Origin: Eledone cirrhosa
Taxonomy: Eukaryota
Reading direction: 5' to 3'
Length of the DNA: 64,000 nt
Assembly: GCA_964016885.1 (NCBI GenBank)
Contig: OZ024743.1
Span: forward strand, 174,034,001 to 174,098,000
Shown here: positions 15,001 through 30,000 of the stretch, piece by piece
Layout: every line of letters begins with the position of its first letter
Position numbering within the stretch: position 1 is the stretch's first letter
Position numbers and translations under genes: made by a program
The notes under the pieces: model-generated
The model's database searches: none
What the model was told of the DNA's origin: nothing
The model's input: only the letters and a program-made list of their open reading frames with translations

Positions 15001-18000
15001 ACTCAGGGCTAGGGTATGAACGCTCTCCCAGTTGTCCTCCTCCAATACTACAGACACACACTCAGGGCTAGGGTATGAACCCTCTCCCAGTTGTCCTCCT
15101 CTAATACTACAGACACACACTCAGGGCTAGGGTATGTACCCTCTCTTAGTTGTCGTCTTCCAATACTACAGACACACACTCAGGGCTAGGGTATGAACGC
15201 TCTCCCAGTTGTCCTCTTCCAATACTACAGACACACACTCAGGGCTAGGGTATGAACGCTCTCCCAGTTGTCCTCCTCCAATACTACAGACACACACTCA
15301 GGGCTAGGGTATGAACCCTCTCCCAGTTGTCCTCCTCCAATACTACAGACACACACTCAGGGCTAGGGTATGAACGCTCTCCCAGTTGTCCTCCTCCAAT
15401 ACTACAGACACACACTCAGGGCTAGGGTATGTACCCTCTCTTAGTTGTCCTCTTCCAATACTACAGACACACACTCAGGGCTAGGGTATGAACGCTCTCC
15501 CAGTTGTCCTCCTCCAATACTACAGACACACACTCAGGGCTAGGGTATGAACCCTCTCCTAGTTGTCCTCCTCCAATACTACAGACACACACTCTGGGCT
15601 AGGGTATGAACCCTCTCTTAGTTGTCCTCCTCCAATACTACAGACACACACTCAGGGCTAGGGTATGAACGCTCTCCTAGGTGTCCTCCTCCAATACTAC
15701 AGACACACACTCAGGGCTAGGGTATGAACCCTCTCTTAGTTGTCCTCCTCCAATACTACAGACACACACTCAGGGCTAGGGTATGAACACTCTCTTAGGT
15801 GTCCTCCTCCAATACTACAGACACACACTCAGGGCTAGGGTATGAACCCTCTCTTAGTTGTCCTCCTCCAATACTATAGACACACACTCAGGGCTAGGGT
15901 ATGTAACCTCTCCCAGATGTCCTCCTCCAATACTACAGACACACACTCAGGGCTAGGGTATGAACCCTCTCTTAGGTGTCCTCCTCCAATACTACAGACA
16001 CACACTCAGGGCTAGGGTATGAACCCTCTCTTAGGTGTCCTCCTCCAATACTACAGACACACACTCAGGGCTAGGGTATGAACCCTCTCTTAGTTGTCCT
16101 CCTCCAATACTACAGACACACACTCAGGGCTAGGGTATGTACCCTCTCCCAGTTGTTCTCCTCCAATACTACAGACACACACTCAGGGCTAGGGTATGAA
16201 CCCTCTCTTAGTTGTCCTCTTCCAATACTACAGACACACACTCAGGGCTAGGGTATGAACCCTCTCTTAATTGTCCCCCTCCAATACTACAGACACACAC
16301 TCAGGGCTAGGGTATGTACCCTCTCCCAGTTGTCCTCCTCCAATACTACAGACACACACTCAGGGCTAGGGTATGAACCCTCTCTTAGTTGTCCTCTTCC
16401 AATACTACAGACACACACTCAGGGCTAGGGTATGAACCCTCTCCTAGTTGTCCTCCTCCAATACTACAGACACACACTCAGGGCTAGGGTATGAACCCTC
16501 TCCCAGTTGTCCTCCTCCAATACTACAGACACACACTCAGGGCTAGGGTATGAACCCTCTCTTAGTTGTCCTCCTCCAATACTACAGACACACACTCAGG
16601 GCTAGGGTATGAACCCTCTCTTAGTTGTCCTCTTCCAATACTACAGAGACACACTCAGGGCTAGGGTATGAACCCTCTCTTAATTGTCCCCCTCCAATAC
16701 TACAGACACACACTCAGGGCTAGGGTATGTACCCTCTCCCAGTTGTCCTCCTCCAATACTACAGACACACACTCAGGGCTAGGGTATGAACCCTCTCCTA
16801 GTTGTTCTCCTCCAAAACTACAGACACACACTCAGGGCTAGGGTATGTACCCTCTCCCAGTTGTCCTCCTCCAATACTACAGACACACACTCAGGGCTAG
16901 GGTATGTACCCTCTCTTAGTTGTCCTCCTCCGATACTACAGACACACACTCAGGGCTAGGGTATGAACCCTCTCTTAGTTGTCCTCTTCCAATACTACAG
17001 ACACACACTCAGGGCTAGGGTATGAACCCTCTCCTAGTTGTCCTCCTCCAATACTAGACACACACTCAGGGCTAGGGTATGTACCCTCTCTTAGTTGTCG
17101 TCCTCCAATACTAGACACACACTCAGGGCAAGGGTATGTACCCTCTCTTAGTTGTCTTCCTCCAATACTACAGACACACACTCAGGGCTAGGGTATGTAC
17201 CCTCTCTTAGTTGTCCTCCTCCAATACTACAGACACACACTCAGGGCTAGGGTATGAACGCTCTCCCAGTTGTCCTCCTCCAATACTACAGACACACACT
17301 CAGGGCTAGGGTATGAACCCTCTCCCAGTTGTCCTCCTCTAATACTACAGACACACACTCAGGGCTAGGGTATGTACCCTCTCTTAGTTGTCGTCTTCCA
17401 ATACTACAGACACACACTCAGGGCTAGGGTATGAACGCTCTCCCAGTTGTCCTCTTCCAATACTACAGACACACACTCAGTGCTAGGGTATGAACGCTCT
17501 CCCAGTTGTCCTCCTCCAATACTACAGACACACACTCAGGGCTAGGGTATGAACCCTCTCCCAGTTGTCCTCCTCCAATACTACAGACACACACTCAGGG
17601 CTAGGGTATGAACGCTCTCCCAGTTGTCCTCCTCCAATACTACAGACACACACTCAGGGCTAGGGTATGTACCCTCTCTTAGTTGTCCTCTTCCAATACT
17701 ACAGACACACACTCAGGGCTAGGGTATGAACGCTCTCCCAGTTGTCCTCCTCCAATACTACAGACCCACACTCAGGGCTAGGGTATGAACCCTCTCCTAG
17801 TTGTCCTCCTCCAATACTACAGACACACACTCTGGGCTAGGGTATGAACCCTCTCTTAGTTGTCCTCCTCCAATACTACAGACACACACTCAGGGCTAGG
17901 GTATGAACGCTCTCCTAGTTGTCCTCCTCCAATACTACAGACACACACTCAGGGCTAGGGTATGAACCCTCTCTTAGTTGTCCTCCTCCAATACTACAGA

Positions 18001-21000
18001 CACACACTCAGGGCTAGGGTATGAACCCTCTCTTAGTTGTCCTCCTCCAATACTATAGACACACACTCAGGGCTAGGGTATGTACCCTCTCCCAGATGTC
18101 CTCCTCCAATACTACAGACACACACTCAGGGCTAGGGTATGAACCCTCTCTTAGTTGTCCTCCTCCAATACTACAGACACACACTCAGGGCTAGGGTATG
18201 AACCCTCTCTTAGTTGTCCTCCTCCAATACTATAGACACACACTCAGGGCTAGGGTATGTACCCTCTCCCAGATGTCCTCCTCCAATACTACAGACACAC
18301 ACTCAGGGCTAGGGTATGAACCCTCTCTTAGGTGTCCTCCTCCAATACTACAGACACACACTCAGGGCTAGGGTATGAACCCTCTCTTAGGTGTCCTCCT
18401 CCAATACTACAGACACACACTCAGGGCTAGGGTATGAACCCTCTCTTAGTTGTCCTCCTCCAATACTACAGACACACACTCAGGGCTAGGGTATGTACCC
18501 TCTCCCAGTTGTTCTCCTCCAATACTACAGACACACACTCAGGGCTAGGGTATGAACCCTCTCTTAGTTGTCCTCTTCCAATACTACAGACACACACTCA
18601 GGGCTAGGGTATGAACCCTCTCTTAATTGTCCCCCTCCAATACTACAGACACACACTCAGGGCTAGGGTATGTACCCTCTCCCAGTTGTCCTCCTCCAAT
18701 ACTACAGACACACACTCAGGGCTAGGGTATGAACCCTCTCCTAGTTGTTCTCCTCCAATACTACAGACACACACTCAGGGCTAGGGTATGTACCCTCTCC
18801 CAGTTGTCCTCCTCCAATACTACAGACACACACTCAGGGCTAGGGTATGTACCCTCTCTTAGTTGTCCTCCTCCAATACTACAGACACACACTCAGGGCT
18901 AGGGTGTGAACCCTCTCTTAGTTGTCCTCTTCCAATACTACAGACACACACTCAGGGCTAGGGTATGAACCCTCTCCTAGTTGTCCTCCTCCAATACTAG
19001 ACACACACTCAGGTCTAGGGTATGTACCCTCTCTTAGTTGTCGTCCTCCAATACTAGACACACACTCAGGGCAAGGGTATGTACCCTCTCTTAGTTGTCT
19101 TCCTCCAATACTACAGACACACACTCAGGGCTAGGGTATGTACCCTCTCTTAGTTGTCCTCCTCCAATACTACAGACACACATTCAGGGCTAGGGTATGA
19201 ACGCTCTCCCAGTTGTCCTCCTCCAATACTACAGACACACACTCAGGGCTAGGGTATGAACGCTCTCCCAGTTGTCCTCCTCCAATACTACAGACACACA
19301 CTCAGGGCTAGGGTATGAACCCTCTCCCAGTTGTCCTCCTCCAATACTACAGACACACACTCAGGGCTAGGGTATGTACCCTCTCTTAGTTGTCGTCTTC
19401 CAATACTACAGACACACACTCAGGCCTAGGGTATGAACGCTCTCCCAGTTGTCCTCTTCCAATACTACAGACACACACTCAGGGCTAGGGTATGAACGCT
19501 CTCCCAGTTGTCCTCCTCCAATACTACAGACACACACTCAGGGCTAGGGTATGAACCCTCTCCCAGTTGTCCTCCTCCAATACTACAGACACACACTCAG
19601 GGCTAGGGTATGTACCCTCTCTTAGTTGTCCTCTTCCAATACTACAGACACACACTCAGGGCTAGGGTATGAACGCTCTCCCAGTTGTCCTCCTCCAATA
19701 CTACAGACACACACTCAGGGCTAGGGTATGAACCCTCTCCTAGTTGTCCTCCTCCAATACTACAGACACACACTCTGGGCTAGGGTATGAACCCTCTCTT
19801 AGTTGTCCTCCTCCAATACTACAGACACACACTCAGGGCTAGGGTATGAACGCTCTCCTAGGTGTTCTCCTCCAATACTACAGACACACACTCAGGGCTA
19901 GGGTATGAACCCTCTCTTAGTTGTCCTCCTCCAATACTACAGACACACACTCAGGGCTAGGGTATGAACCCTCTCTTAGGTGTCCTCCTCCAATACTACA
20001 GACACACACTCAGGGCTAGGGTATGAACCCTCTCTTAGTTGTCCTCCTCCAATACTATAGACACACACTCAGGGCTAGGGTATGTACCCTCTCCCAGATG
20101 TCCTCCTCCAATACTACAGACACACACTCAGGGCTAGGGTATGAACCCTCTCTTAGTTGTCCTCTTCCAATACTACAGACACACACTCAGGGCTAGGGTA
20201 TGAACCCTCTCCTAGTTGTCCTCCTCCAATACTACAGACACACACTCAGGGCTAGGGTATGAACCCTCTCCTAGTTGTCCTCCAATACTACAGACACACA
20301 CTCAGGGCTAGGGTATGAACCCTCTCCCAGTTGTCCTCCTCCAATACTACAGACACACACTCAGGTCTAGGGTATGAACCCTCTCTTAGTTGTCCTCCTC
20401 CAATACTACAGACACACACTCAGGGCTAGGGTATGAACCCTCTCTTAATTGTCCTCCTCCAATACTACAGACACACACTCAGGGCTAGGGTATGAACCCT
20501 CTCCCAGTTGTCCTCTTCCAATACTACAGACACACACTCAGGGCTAGGGTATGAACCCTCTCCTAGTTGTCCTCCTCCAATACTAGACACACACTCAGGG
20601 CTAGGGTATGTACCCTCTCTTAGTTGTCGTCCTCCAATACTAGACACACACTCAGGGCAAGGGTATGTACCCTCTCTTAGTTGTCTTCCTCCAATACTAC
20701 AGACACACACTCAGGGCTAGGGTATGTACCCTCTCTTAGTTGTCCTCCTCCAATACTACAGACACACACTCAGGGCTAGGGTATGAACGCTCTCCCAGTT
20801 GTCCTCCTCCAATACTACAGACACACACTCAGGGCTAGGGTATGAACGCTCTCCCAGTTATCCTCCTCCAATACTACAGACACACACTCAGGGCTAGGGT
20901 ATGAACCCTCTCCCAGTTGTCCTCCTCCAATACTACAGACACACACTCAGGGCTAGGGTATGTACCCTCTCTTAGTTGTCGTCTTCCAATACTACAGACA

Positions 21001-24000
21001 CACACTCAGGGCTAGGGTATGAACGCTCTCCCAGTTGTCCTCTTCCAATACTACAGACACACACTCAGGACTAGGGTATGAACGCTCTCCCAGTTGTCCT
21101 CCTCCAATACTACAGACACACACTCAGGGCTAGGGTATGAATCCTCTCCCAGTTGTCCTCCTCCAATACTACAGACACACACTCAGGGCTAGGGTATGTA
21201 CCCTCTCTTAGTTGTCCTCTTCCAATACTACAGACACACACTCAGGGCTAGGGTATGAACGCTCTCCCAGTTGTCCTCCTCCAATACTACAGACACACAC
21301 TCAGGGCTAGGGTATGAACCCTCTCCTAGTTGTCCTCCTCCAATACTACAGACACACAATCTGGGCTAGGGTATGAACCCTCTCTTAGTTGTCCTCCTCC
21401 AATACTACAGACACACACTCAGGGCTAGGGTATGAACGCTCTCCTTGGTGTCCTCCTCCAATACTACAGACACACACTCAGGGCTAGGGTATGAACCCTC
21501 TCTTAGTTGTCCTCCTCCAATACTATAGACACACACTCAGGGCTAGGGTATGTACCCTCTCGCAGATGTCCTCCTCCAATACTACAGACACACACTCAAG
21601 GCTAGGGTATGAACCCTCTCTTAGGTGTCCTCCTCCAATACTACAGACACACACTCAGGGCTAGGGTATGAACCCTCTCTTAGTTGTCATCCTCCAATAC
21701 TACAGACACACACTCAGGGCTAGGGTATGAACCCTCTCCTAGTTGTCCTCCTCCAATACTACAGACACACACTCAGGGCTAGGGTATGAACCCTCTCCCA
21801 GTTGTCCTCCTCCAATACTACAGACACACACTCAGGGCTAGGGTATGTACCCTCTCCCAGTTGTTCTCCTCCAATACTACAGACACACACTCAGGGCTAG
21901 GGTATGTACCCTCTCCCAGTTGTTCTCCTCCAATACTACAGACACACACTCAGGGCTAGGGTATGTACCCTCTCCCAGTTGTTCTCCTCCAATACTACAG
22001 ACACACACTCAGGGCTAGGGTATGAACCCTCTCTTAGTTGTCCTCCTCCAATACTACAGACACACACTCAGGGCTAGGGTATGAACCCTCTCTTAGTTGT
22101 CCTCCTCCAATACTACAGACACACACTCAGGGATAGGGTATGAACCCTCTCTTAGTTGTCCTCTTCCAATACTACAGACACACACTCAGGGCTAGGGTAT
22201 GAACCCTCTCCTAGTTGTCCTCCTCCAATACTACAGACACACACTCAGGGCTAGGGTATGAACCCTCTCCCAGTTGTCCTCCTCCAATACTACAGACACA
22301 CACTCAGGGCTAGGGTATGTACCCTCTCCCAGTTGTCCTCCTCCAATACTACAGACACACACTCAGGGCTAGGGTATGAACCCTCTCCTAGTTGTTCTCC
22401 TCCAATACTACAGACACACACTCAGGGCTAGGGTATGTACCCTCTCCCAGTTGTCCTCCTCCAATACTACAGACACACACTCATGGCTAGGGTATATACC
22501 CTCTCTTAGTTGTCCTCCTCCGATACTACAGACACACACTCAGGGCTAGGGAATGAACCCTCTCTTAGTTGTCCTCTTCCAATACTAGAGACACACACTC
22601 AGGGCTAGGGTATGAACCCTCTCCTAGTTGTCCTCCTCCAATACTAGACACACACTCAGGGCTAGGGTATGTACCCTCTCTTAGTTGTCGTCCTCCAATA
22701 CTAGACACACACTCAGGGCAAGGGTATGTACCCTCTCTTAGTTGTCGTCCTCCAATACTAGACACACACTCAGGGCAAGGGTATGTACCCTCTCTTAGTT
22801 GTCTTCCTCCAATACTACAGACACACACTCAGGGCTAGGGTATGTACCCTCTCTTAGTTGTCCTCCTCCAATACTACAGACACACACTCAGGGCTAGGGT
22901 ATGAACGCTCTCCCAGTTGTCCTCCTCCAATACTACAGACACACACTCAGGGCTAGGGTATGAACGCTCTCCCAGTTGTCCTCCTCCAATACTACAGACA
23001 CACACTCAGGGCTAGGGTATGAACCCTCTCCCAGTTGTCCTCCTCCAATACTACAGACACACACTCAGGGCTAGGGTATGTACCCTCTCTTAGTTGTCGT
23101 CTTCCAATACTACAGACACACACTCAGGCCTAGGGTATGAACGCTCTTCCAGTTGTCCTCTTCCAATACTACAGACACACACTCAGGGCTAGGGTATGAA
23201 CGCTCTCCCAGTTGTCCTCCTCCAATACTACAGACACACACTCAGGGCTAGGGTATGAACCCTCTCCCAGTTGTCCTCCTCCAATACTACAGACACACAC
23301 TCAGGGCTAGGGTATGTACCCTCTCTTAGTTGTCCTCTTCCAATACTACAGACACACACTCAGGGCTAGGGTATGAACGCTCTCCCAGTTGTCCTCCTCC
23401 AATACTACAGACACACACTCAGGGCTAGGGTATGAACCCTCTCCTAGTTGTCCTCCTCCAATACTACAGACACACACTCTGGGCTAGGGTATGAACCCTC
23501 TCTTAGTTGTCCTCCTCCAATACTACAGACACACACTCAGGGCTAGGGTATGAACGCTCTCCTAGGTGTCCTCCTCCAATACTACAGACACACACTCAGG
23601 GCTAGGGTATGAACCCTCTCTTAGTTGTCCTCCTCCAATACTACAGACACACACTCAGGGCTAGGGTATGAACCCTCTCTTAGGTGTCCTCCTCCAATAC
23701 TACAGACACACACTCAGGGCTAGGGTATGAACCCTCTCTTAGTTGTCCTCCTCCAATACTATAGACACACACTCAGGGCTAGGGTATGTACCCTCTCCCA
23801 GATGTCCTCCTCCAATACTACAGACACACACTCAGGGCTAGGGTATGAACCCTCTCTTAGTTGTCCTCTTCCAATACTACAGACACACACTCAGGGCTAG
23901 GGTATGAACCCTCTCCTAGTTGTCCTCCAATACTACAGACACACACTCAGGGCTAGGGTATGAACCCTCTCCCAGTTGTCCTCCTCCAATACTACAGACA

Positions 24001-27000
24001 CACACTCAGGTCTAGGGTATGAACCCTCTCTTAGTTGTCCTCCTCCAATACTACAGACACACACTCAGGGCTAGGGTATGAACCCTCTCTTAATTGTCCT
24101 CCTCCAATACTACAGACACACACTCAGGGCTAGGGTATGAACCCTCTCCCAGTTGTCCTCTTCCAATACTACAGACACACACTCAGAGCTAGGGTATGAA
24201 CCCTCTCCCAGTTGTCCTCTTCCAATACTACAGACACACACTCAGGGCTAGGGTATGAACCCTCTCCTAGTTGTCCTCCTCCAATACTAGACACACACTC
24301 AGGGCTAGGGTATGTACCCTCTCTTAGTTGTCGTCCTCCAATACTAGACACACACTCAGGGCAAGGGTATGTACCCTCCCTTAGTTGTCTTCCTCCAATA
24401 CTACAGACACACACTCAGGGCTAGGGTATGAACCCTCTCTTAGGTGTCCTCCTCCAATACTACAGACACACACTCAGGGCTAGGGTATGAACCCTCTCTT
24501 AGTTGTCCTCCTCCAATACTATAGACACACACTCAGGGCTAGGGTATGTACCCTCTCCCAGATGTCCTCCTCCAATACTACAGACACACACTCAGGGCTA
24601 GGGTATGAACCCTCTCTTAGTTGTCCTCTTCCAATACTACAGACACACACTCAGGGCTAGGGTATGAACCCTCTCCTAGTTGTCCTCCAATACTACAGAC
24701 ACACACTCAGGGCTAGGGTATGAACCCTCTCCCAGTTGTCCTCCTCCAATACTACAGACACACACTCAGGTCTAGGGTATGAACCCTCTCTTAGTTGTCC
24801 TCCTCCAATACTACAGACACACACTCAGGGCTAGGGTATGAACCCTCTCTTAATTGTCCTCCTCCAATACTACAGACACACACTCAGGGCTAGGGTATGA
24901 ACCCTCTCCCAGTTGTCCTCTTCCAATACTACAGACACACACTCAGAGCTAGGGTATGAACCCTCTCCCAGTTGTCCTCTTCCAATACTACAGACACACA
25001 CTCAGGGCTAGGGTATGAACCCTCTCCTAGTTGTCCTCCTCCAATACTAGACACACACTCAGGGCTAGGGTATGTACCCTCTCTTAGTTGTCGTCCTCCA
25101 ATACTAGACACACACTCAGGGCAAGGGTATGTACCCTCTCTTAGTTGTCTTCCTCCAATACTACAGACACACACTCAGGGCTAGGGTATGTACCCTCTCT
25201 TAGTTGTCCTCCTCCAATACTACAGACACACACTCAGGGCTAGGGTATGAACGCTCTCCCAGTTGTCCTCCTCCAATACTACAGACACACACTCAGGGCT
25301 AGGGTATGAACGCTCTCCCAGTTATCCTCCTCCAATACTACAGACACACACTCAGGGCTAGGGTATGAACGCTCTCCCAGTTGTCCTCCTCCAATACTAC
25401 AGACACACACTCAGGGCTAGGGTATGAACCCTCTCCCAGTTGTCCTCCTCCAATACTACAGACACACACTCAGGGCTAGGGTATGTACCCTCTCTTAGTT
25501 GTCCTCTTCCAATACTACAGACACACACTCAGGGCTAGGGTATGAACGCTCTCCCAGTTGTCCTCCTCCAATACTACAGACACACACTCAGGGCTAGGGT
25601 ATGAACCCTCTCCTAGTTGTCCTCCTCCAATACTACAGACACACACTCTGGGCTAGGGTATGAACCCTCTCTTAGTTGTCCTCCTCCAATACTACAGACA
25701 CACACTCAGGGCTAGGGTATGAACGCTCTCCTAGGTGTCCTCCTCCAATACTACAGACACACACTCAGGGCTAGGGTATGAACCCTCTCTTAGTTGTCCT
25801 CCTCCAATACTATAGACACACACTCAGGGCTAGGGTATGTACCCTCTCGCAGATGTCCTCCTCCAATACTACAGACACACACTCAAGGCTAGGGTATGAA
25901 CCCTCTCTTAGGTGTCCTCCTCCAATACTACAGACACACACTCAGGGCTAGGGTATGAACCCTCTCTTAGGTGTCCTCCTCCAATACTACAGACACACAC
26001 TCAGGGCTAGGGTATGAACCCTCTCTTAGTTGTCCTCCTCCAATACTACAGACACACACTCAGGGCTAGGGTATGTACCCTCTCCCAGTTGTTCTCCTCC
26101 AATACTACAGACACACACTCAGGGCTAGGGTATGTACCCTCTCCCAGATGTCCTCCTCCAATACTACAGACACACACTCAAAGCTAGGGTATGAACCCTC
26201 TCTTAGTTGTCTTCCTCCAATACTACAGACACACACTCAGGGCTAGGGTATGTACCCTCTCCCAGTTGTCCTCCTCCAATACTACAGACACACACTCAGG
26301 GCTAGGGTATGAACCCTCTCTTAGTTGTCCTCTTCCAATACTACAGACACACACTCAGGGCTAGGGTATGAACCCTCTCCTAGTTGTCCTCCTCCAATAC
26401 TACAGACACACACTCAGGGCTAGGGTATGAACCCTCTCCCAGTTGTCCTCCTCCAATACTACAGACACACACTCAGGGCTAGGGTATGAACCCTCTCTTA
26501 GTTGTCCTCCTCCAATACTACAGACACACACTCAGGGCTAGGGTATGAACCCTCTCTTAGTTGTCCTCCTCCAATACTACAGACACACATTCAGGGCTAG
26601 GGTATGAACCCTCTCCCAGTTGTCCTCCTCCAATACTACAGACACACACTCAGGGCTAGGGTATTAACCCTCTCTTAGTTGTCCTCCTCCAATACTACAG
26701 ACACACACTCAGGGCTAGGGTATGAACCCTCTCTTAGTTGTCCTCTTCCAATACTAGAGACACACACTCAGGGCTAGGGTATGAATCCTCTCTTAATTGT
26801 CCCCCTCCAATACTACAGACACACACTCAGGGCTAGGGTATGTACCCTCTCCCAGTTGTCCTCCTCCAATACTATAGACACACACTCAGGGCTAGGGTAT
26901 GAACCCTCTCCTAGTTGTTCTCCTCCAATACTACAGACACACACTCAGGGCTAGGGTATGTACCCTCTCCCAGTTGTCCTCCTCCAATACTACAAACACA

Positions 27001-30000
27001 CACTCAGGGCTAGGGTATGAACCCTCTCCCAGTTGTCCTCCTCCAATACTACAGACACACACTCAGGGCTAGGGTATGAACCCTCTCTTAGTTGTCCTCT
27101 TCCAATACTACAGACACACACTCAGGGCTAGGGTATGAACCCTCTCTTAATTGTCCCCATGCAATACTACAGACACACACTCAGGGCTAGGGTATGAACC
27201 CTCTCCTAGTTGTTCTCCTCCAATACTACAGACACACACTCAGGGCTAGGGTATTAACCCTCTCTTAGTTGTCCTCCTCCAATACTACAGACACACACTC
27301 AGGGCTAGGGTATGTACCCTCTCCCAGTTGTCCTCCTCCAATGCTACAGACACACACTCAGGGCTAGGGTATGTACCCTCTCTTAGTTGTCCTCCTCCAA
27401 TACTACAGACACACACTCAGGGCTAGGGTATGAACCCTCTCCCAGTTGTCCTCCTCCAATACTACAGACACACACTCAGGGCTAGGGTATGAACCCTCTC
27501 CCAGTTATCCTCTTCCAATACTACAGACACACACTCAGGGCTAGGGTATGAACCCTCTCTTAGTTTTCCTCTTCCAATACTACAGACACACACTCAGGGC
27601 TAGGGTATGAACCCTCTCTTAGTTGTCCTCTTCCAATACTACAGACACACACTCAGGGCTAGGGTATGAACCCTCTCTTAGTTGTCCTCCAATACTACAG
27701 ACACACACTCAGGGCTAGGGTATGAACCCTCTCTTAGTTGTCCTCTTCCAATACTACAGACACACACTCAGGGCTAGGGTATGTACCCTCTCCCAGTTAT
27801 CCTCTTCCAATACTACAGACACACACTCAGGGCTAGGGTATGAACCCTCTCTTAGTTGTCCTCCTCCAATACTACAGACACACACTCAGGGCTAGGGTAT
27901 GAACCCTCTCTTAGTTGTCCTCCTCCAATACTACAGACACACACTCAGGGCTAGGGTATGAACCCTCTCTTAGTTGTCCTCCTCCAATACTACAGACACA
28001 CACTCAGGGCTAGGGTATGAACCCTCTCTTAGTTGTCCTCCTCCAATACTACAGACACACACTCAGGGCTAGGGTATGAACCCTCTCTTAGTTGTCCTCC
28101 TCCAATACTACAGACACACACTCAGGGCTAGGGTATGAACCCTCTCCTAGTTGTCCTCCTCCAATACTACAGACACACACTCAGGGCTAGGGTATGAACG
28201 CTCTCCCAGTTGTCCTCCTCCAATACTACAGACACACACTCAGGGCTAGGGTATGAACCCTCTCTTAGTTGTCCTCCTCCAATACTACAGACACACACTC
28301 AGGGCTAGGGTATGAACCCTCTCTTAGTTGTCCTCCTCCAATACTACAGACACACACTCAGGGCTAGGGTATGAACCCTCTCTTAGTTGTCCTCCTCCAA
28401 TACTACAGACACACACTCAGGGCTAGGGTATGAACCCTCTCCTAGTTGTCCTCCTCCAATACTACAGACACACACTCAGGGCTAGGGTATGAACGCTCTC
28501 CCAGTTGTCCTCCTCCAATACTACAGACACACACTCAGGGCTAGGGTATGAACCCTCTCTTAGTTGTCCTCCTCCAATACTACAGACACACACTCAGGGC
28601 TAGGGTATGAACCCTCTCTTAGTTGTCCTCCTCCAATACTACAGACACACACTCAGGGCTAGGGTATGAACCCTCTCTTAGTTGTCCTCCTCCAATACTA
28701 CAGACACACACTCAGGGCTAGGGTATGAACCCTCTCCTAGTTGTCCTCCTCCAATACTACAGACACACACTCAGGGCTAGGGTATGAACCCTCTCTTAGT
28801 TGTCCTCCTCCAATACTACAGACACACATTCAGGGCTAGGGTATGAACCCTCTCCCAGTTGTCCTCCTCCAATACTACAGACACACACTCAGGGCTAGGG
28901 TATTAACCCTCTCTTAGTTGTCCTCCTCCAATACTACAGACACACACTCAGGGCTAGGGTATGAACCCTCTCTTAGTTGTCCTCTTCCAATACTAGAGAC
29001 ACACACTCAGGGCTAGGGTATGAATCCTCTCTTAATTGTCCCCCTCCAATACTACAGACACACACTCAGGGCTAGGGTATGTACCCTCTCCCAGTTGTCC
29101 TCCTCCAATACTACAGACACACACTCAGGGCTAGGGTATGAACCCTCTCCTAGTTGTTCTCCTCCAATACTACAGACACACACTCAGGGCTAGGGTATGT
29201 ACCCTCTCCCAGTTGTCCTCCTCCAATACTACAAACACACACTCAGGGCTAGGGTATGAACCCTCTCCCAGTTGTCCTCCTCCAATACTACAGACACACA
29301 CTCAGGGCTAGGGTATGAACCCTCTCTTAGTTGTCCTCTTCCAATACTACAGACACACACTCAGGGCTAGGGTATGAACCCTCTCTTAATTGTCCCCATG
29401 CAATACTACAGACACACACTCAGGGCTAGGGTATGAACCCTCTCCTAGTTGTTCTCCTCCAATACTACAGACACACACTCAGGGCTAGGGTATTAACCCT
29501 CTCTTAGTTGTCCTCCTCCAATACTACAGACACACACTCAGGGCTAGGGTATGTACCCTCTCCCAGTTGTCCTCCTCCAATGCTACAGACACACACTCAG
29601 GGCTAGGGTATGTACCCTCTCTTAGTTGTCCTCCTCCAATACTACAGACACACACTCAGGGCTAGGGTATGAACCCTCTCCCAGTTGTCCTCCTCCAATA
29701 CTACAGACACACACTCAGGGCTAGGGTATGAACCCTCTCCCAGTTATCCTCTTCCAATACTACAGACACACACTCAGGGCTAGGGTATGAACCCTCTCTT
29801 AGTTTTCCTCTTCCAATACTACAGACACACACTCAGGGCTAGGGTATGAACCCTCTCTTAGTTGTCCTCTTCCAATACTACAGACACACACTCAGGGCTA
29901 GGGTATGAACCCTCTCTTAGTTGTCCTCCAATACTACAGACACACACTCAGGGCTAGGGTATGAACCCTCTCTTAGTTGTCCTCTTCCAATACTACAGAC

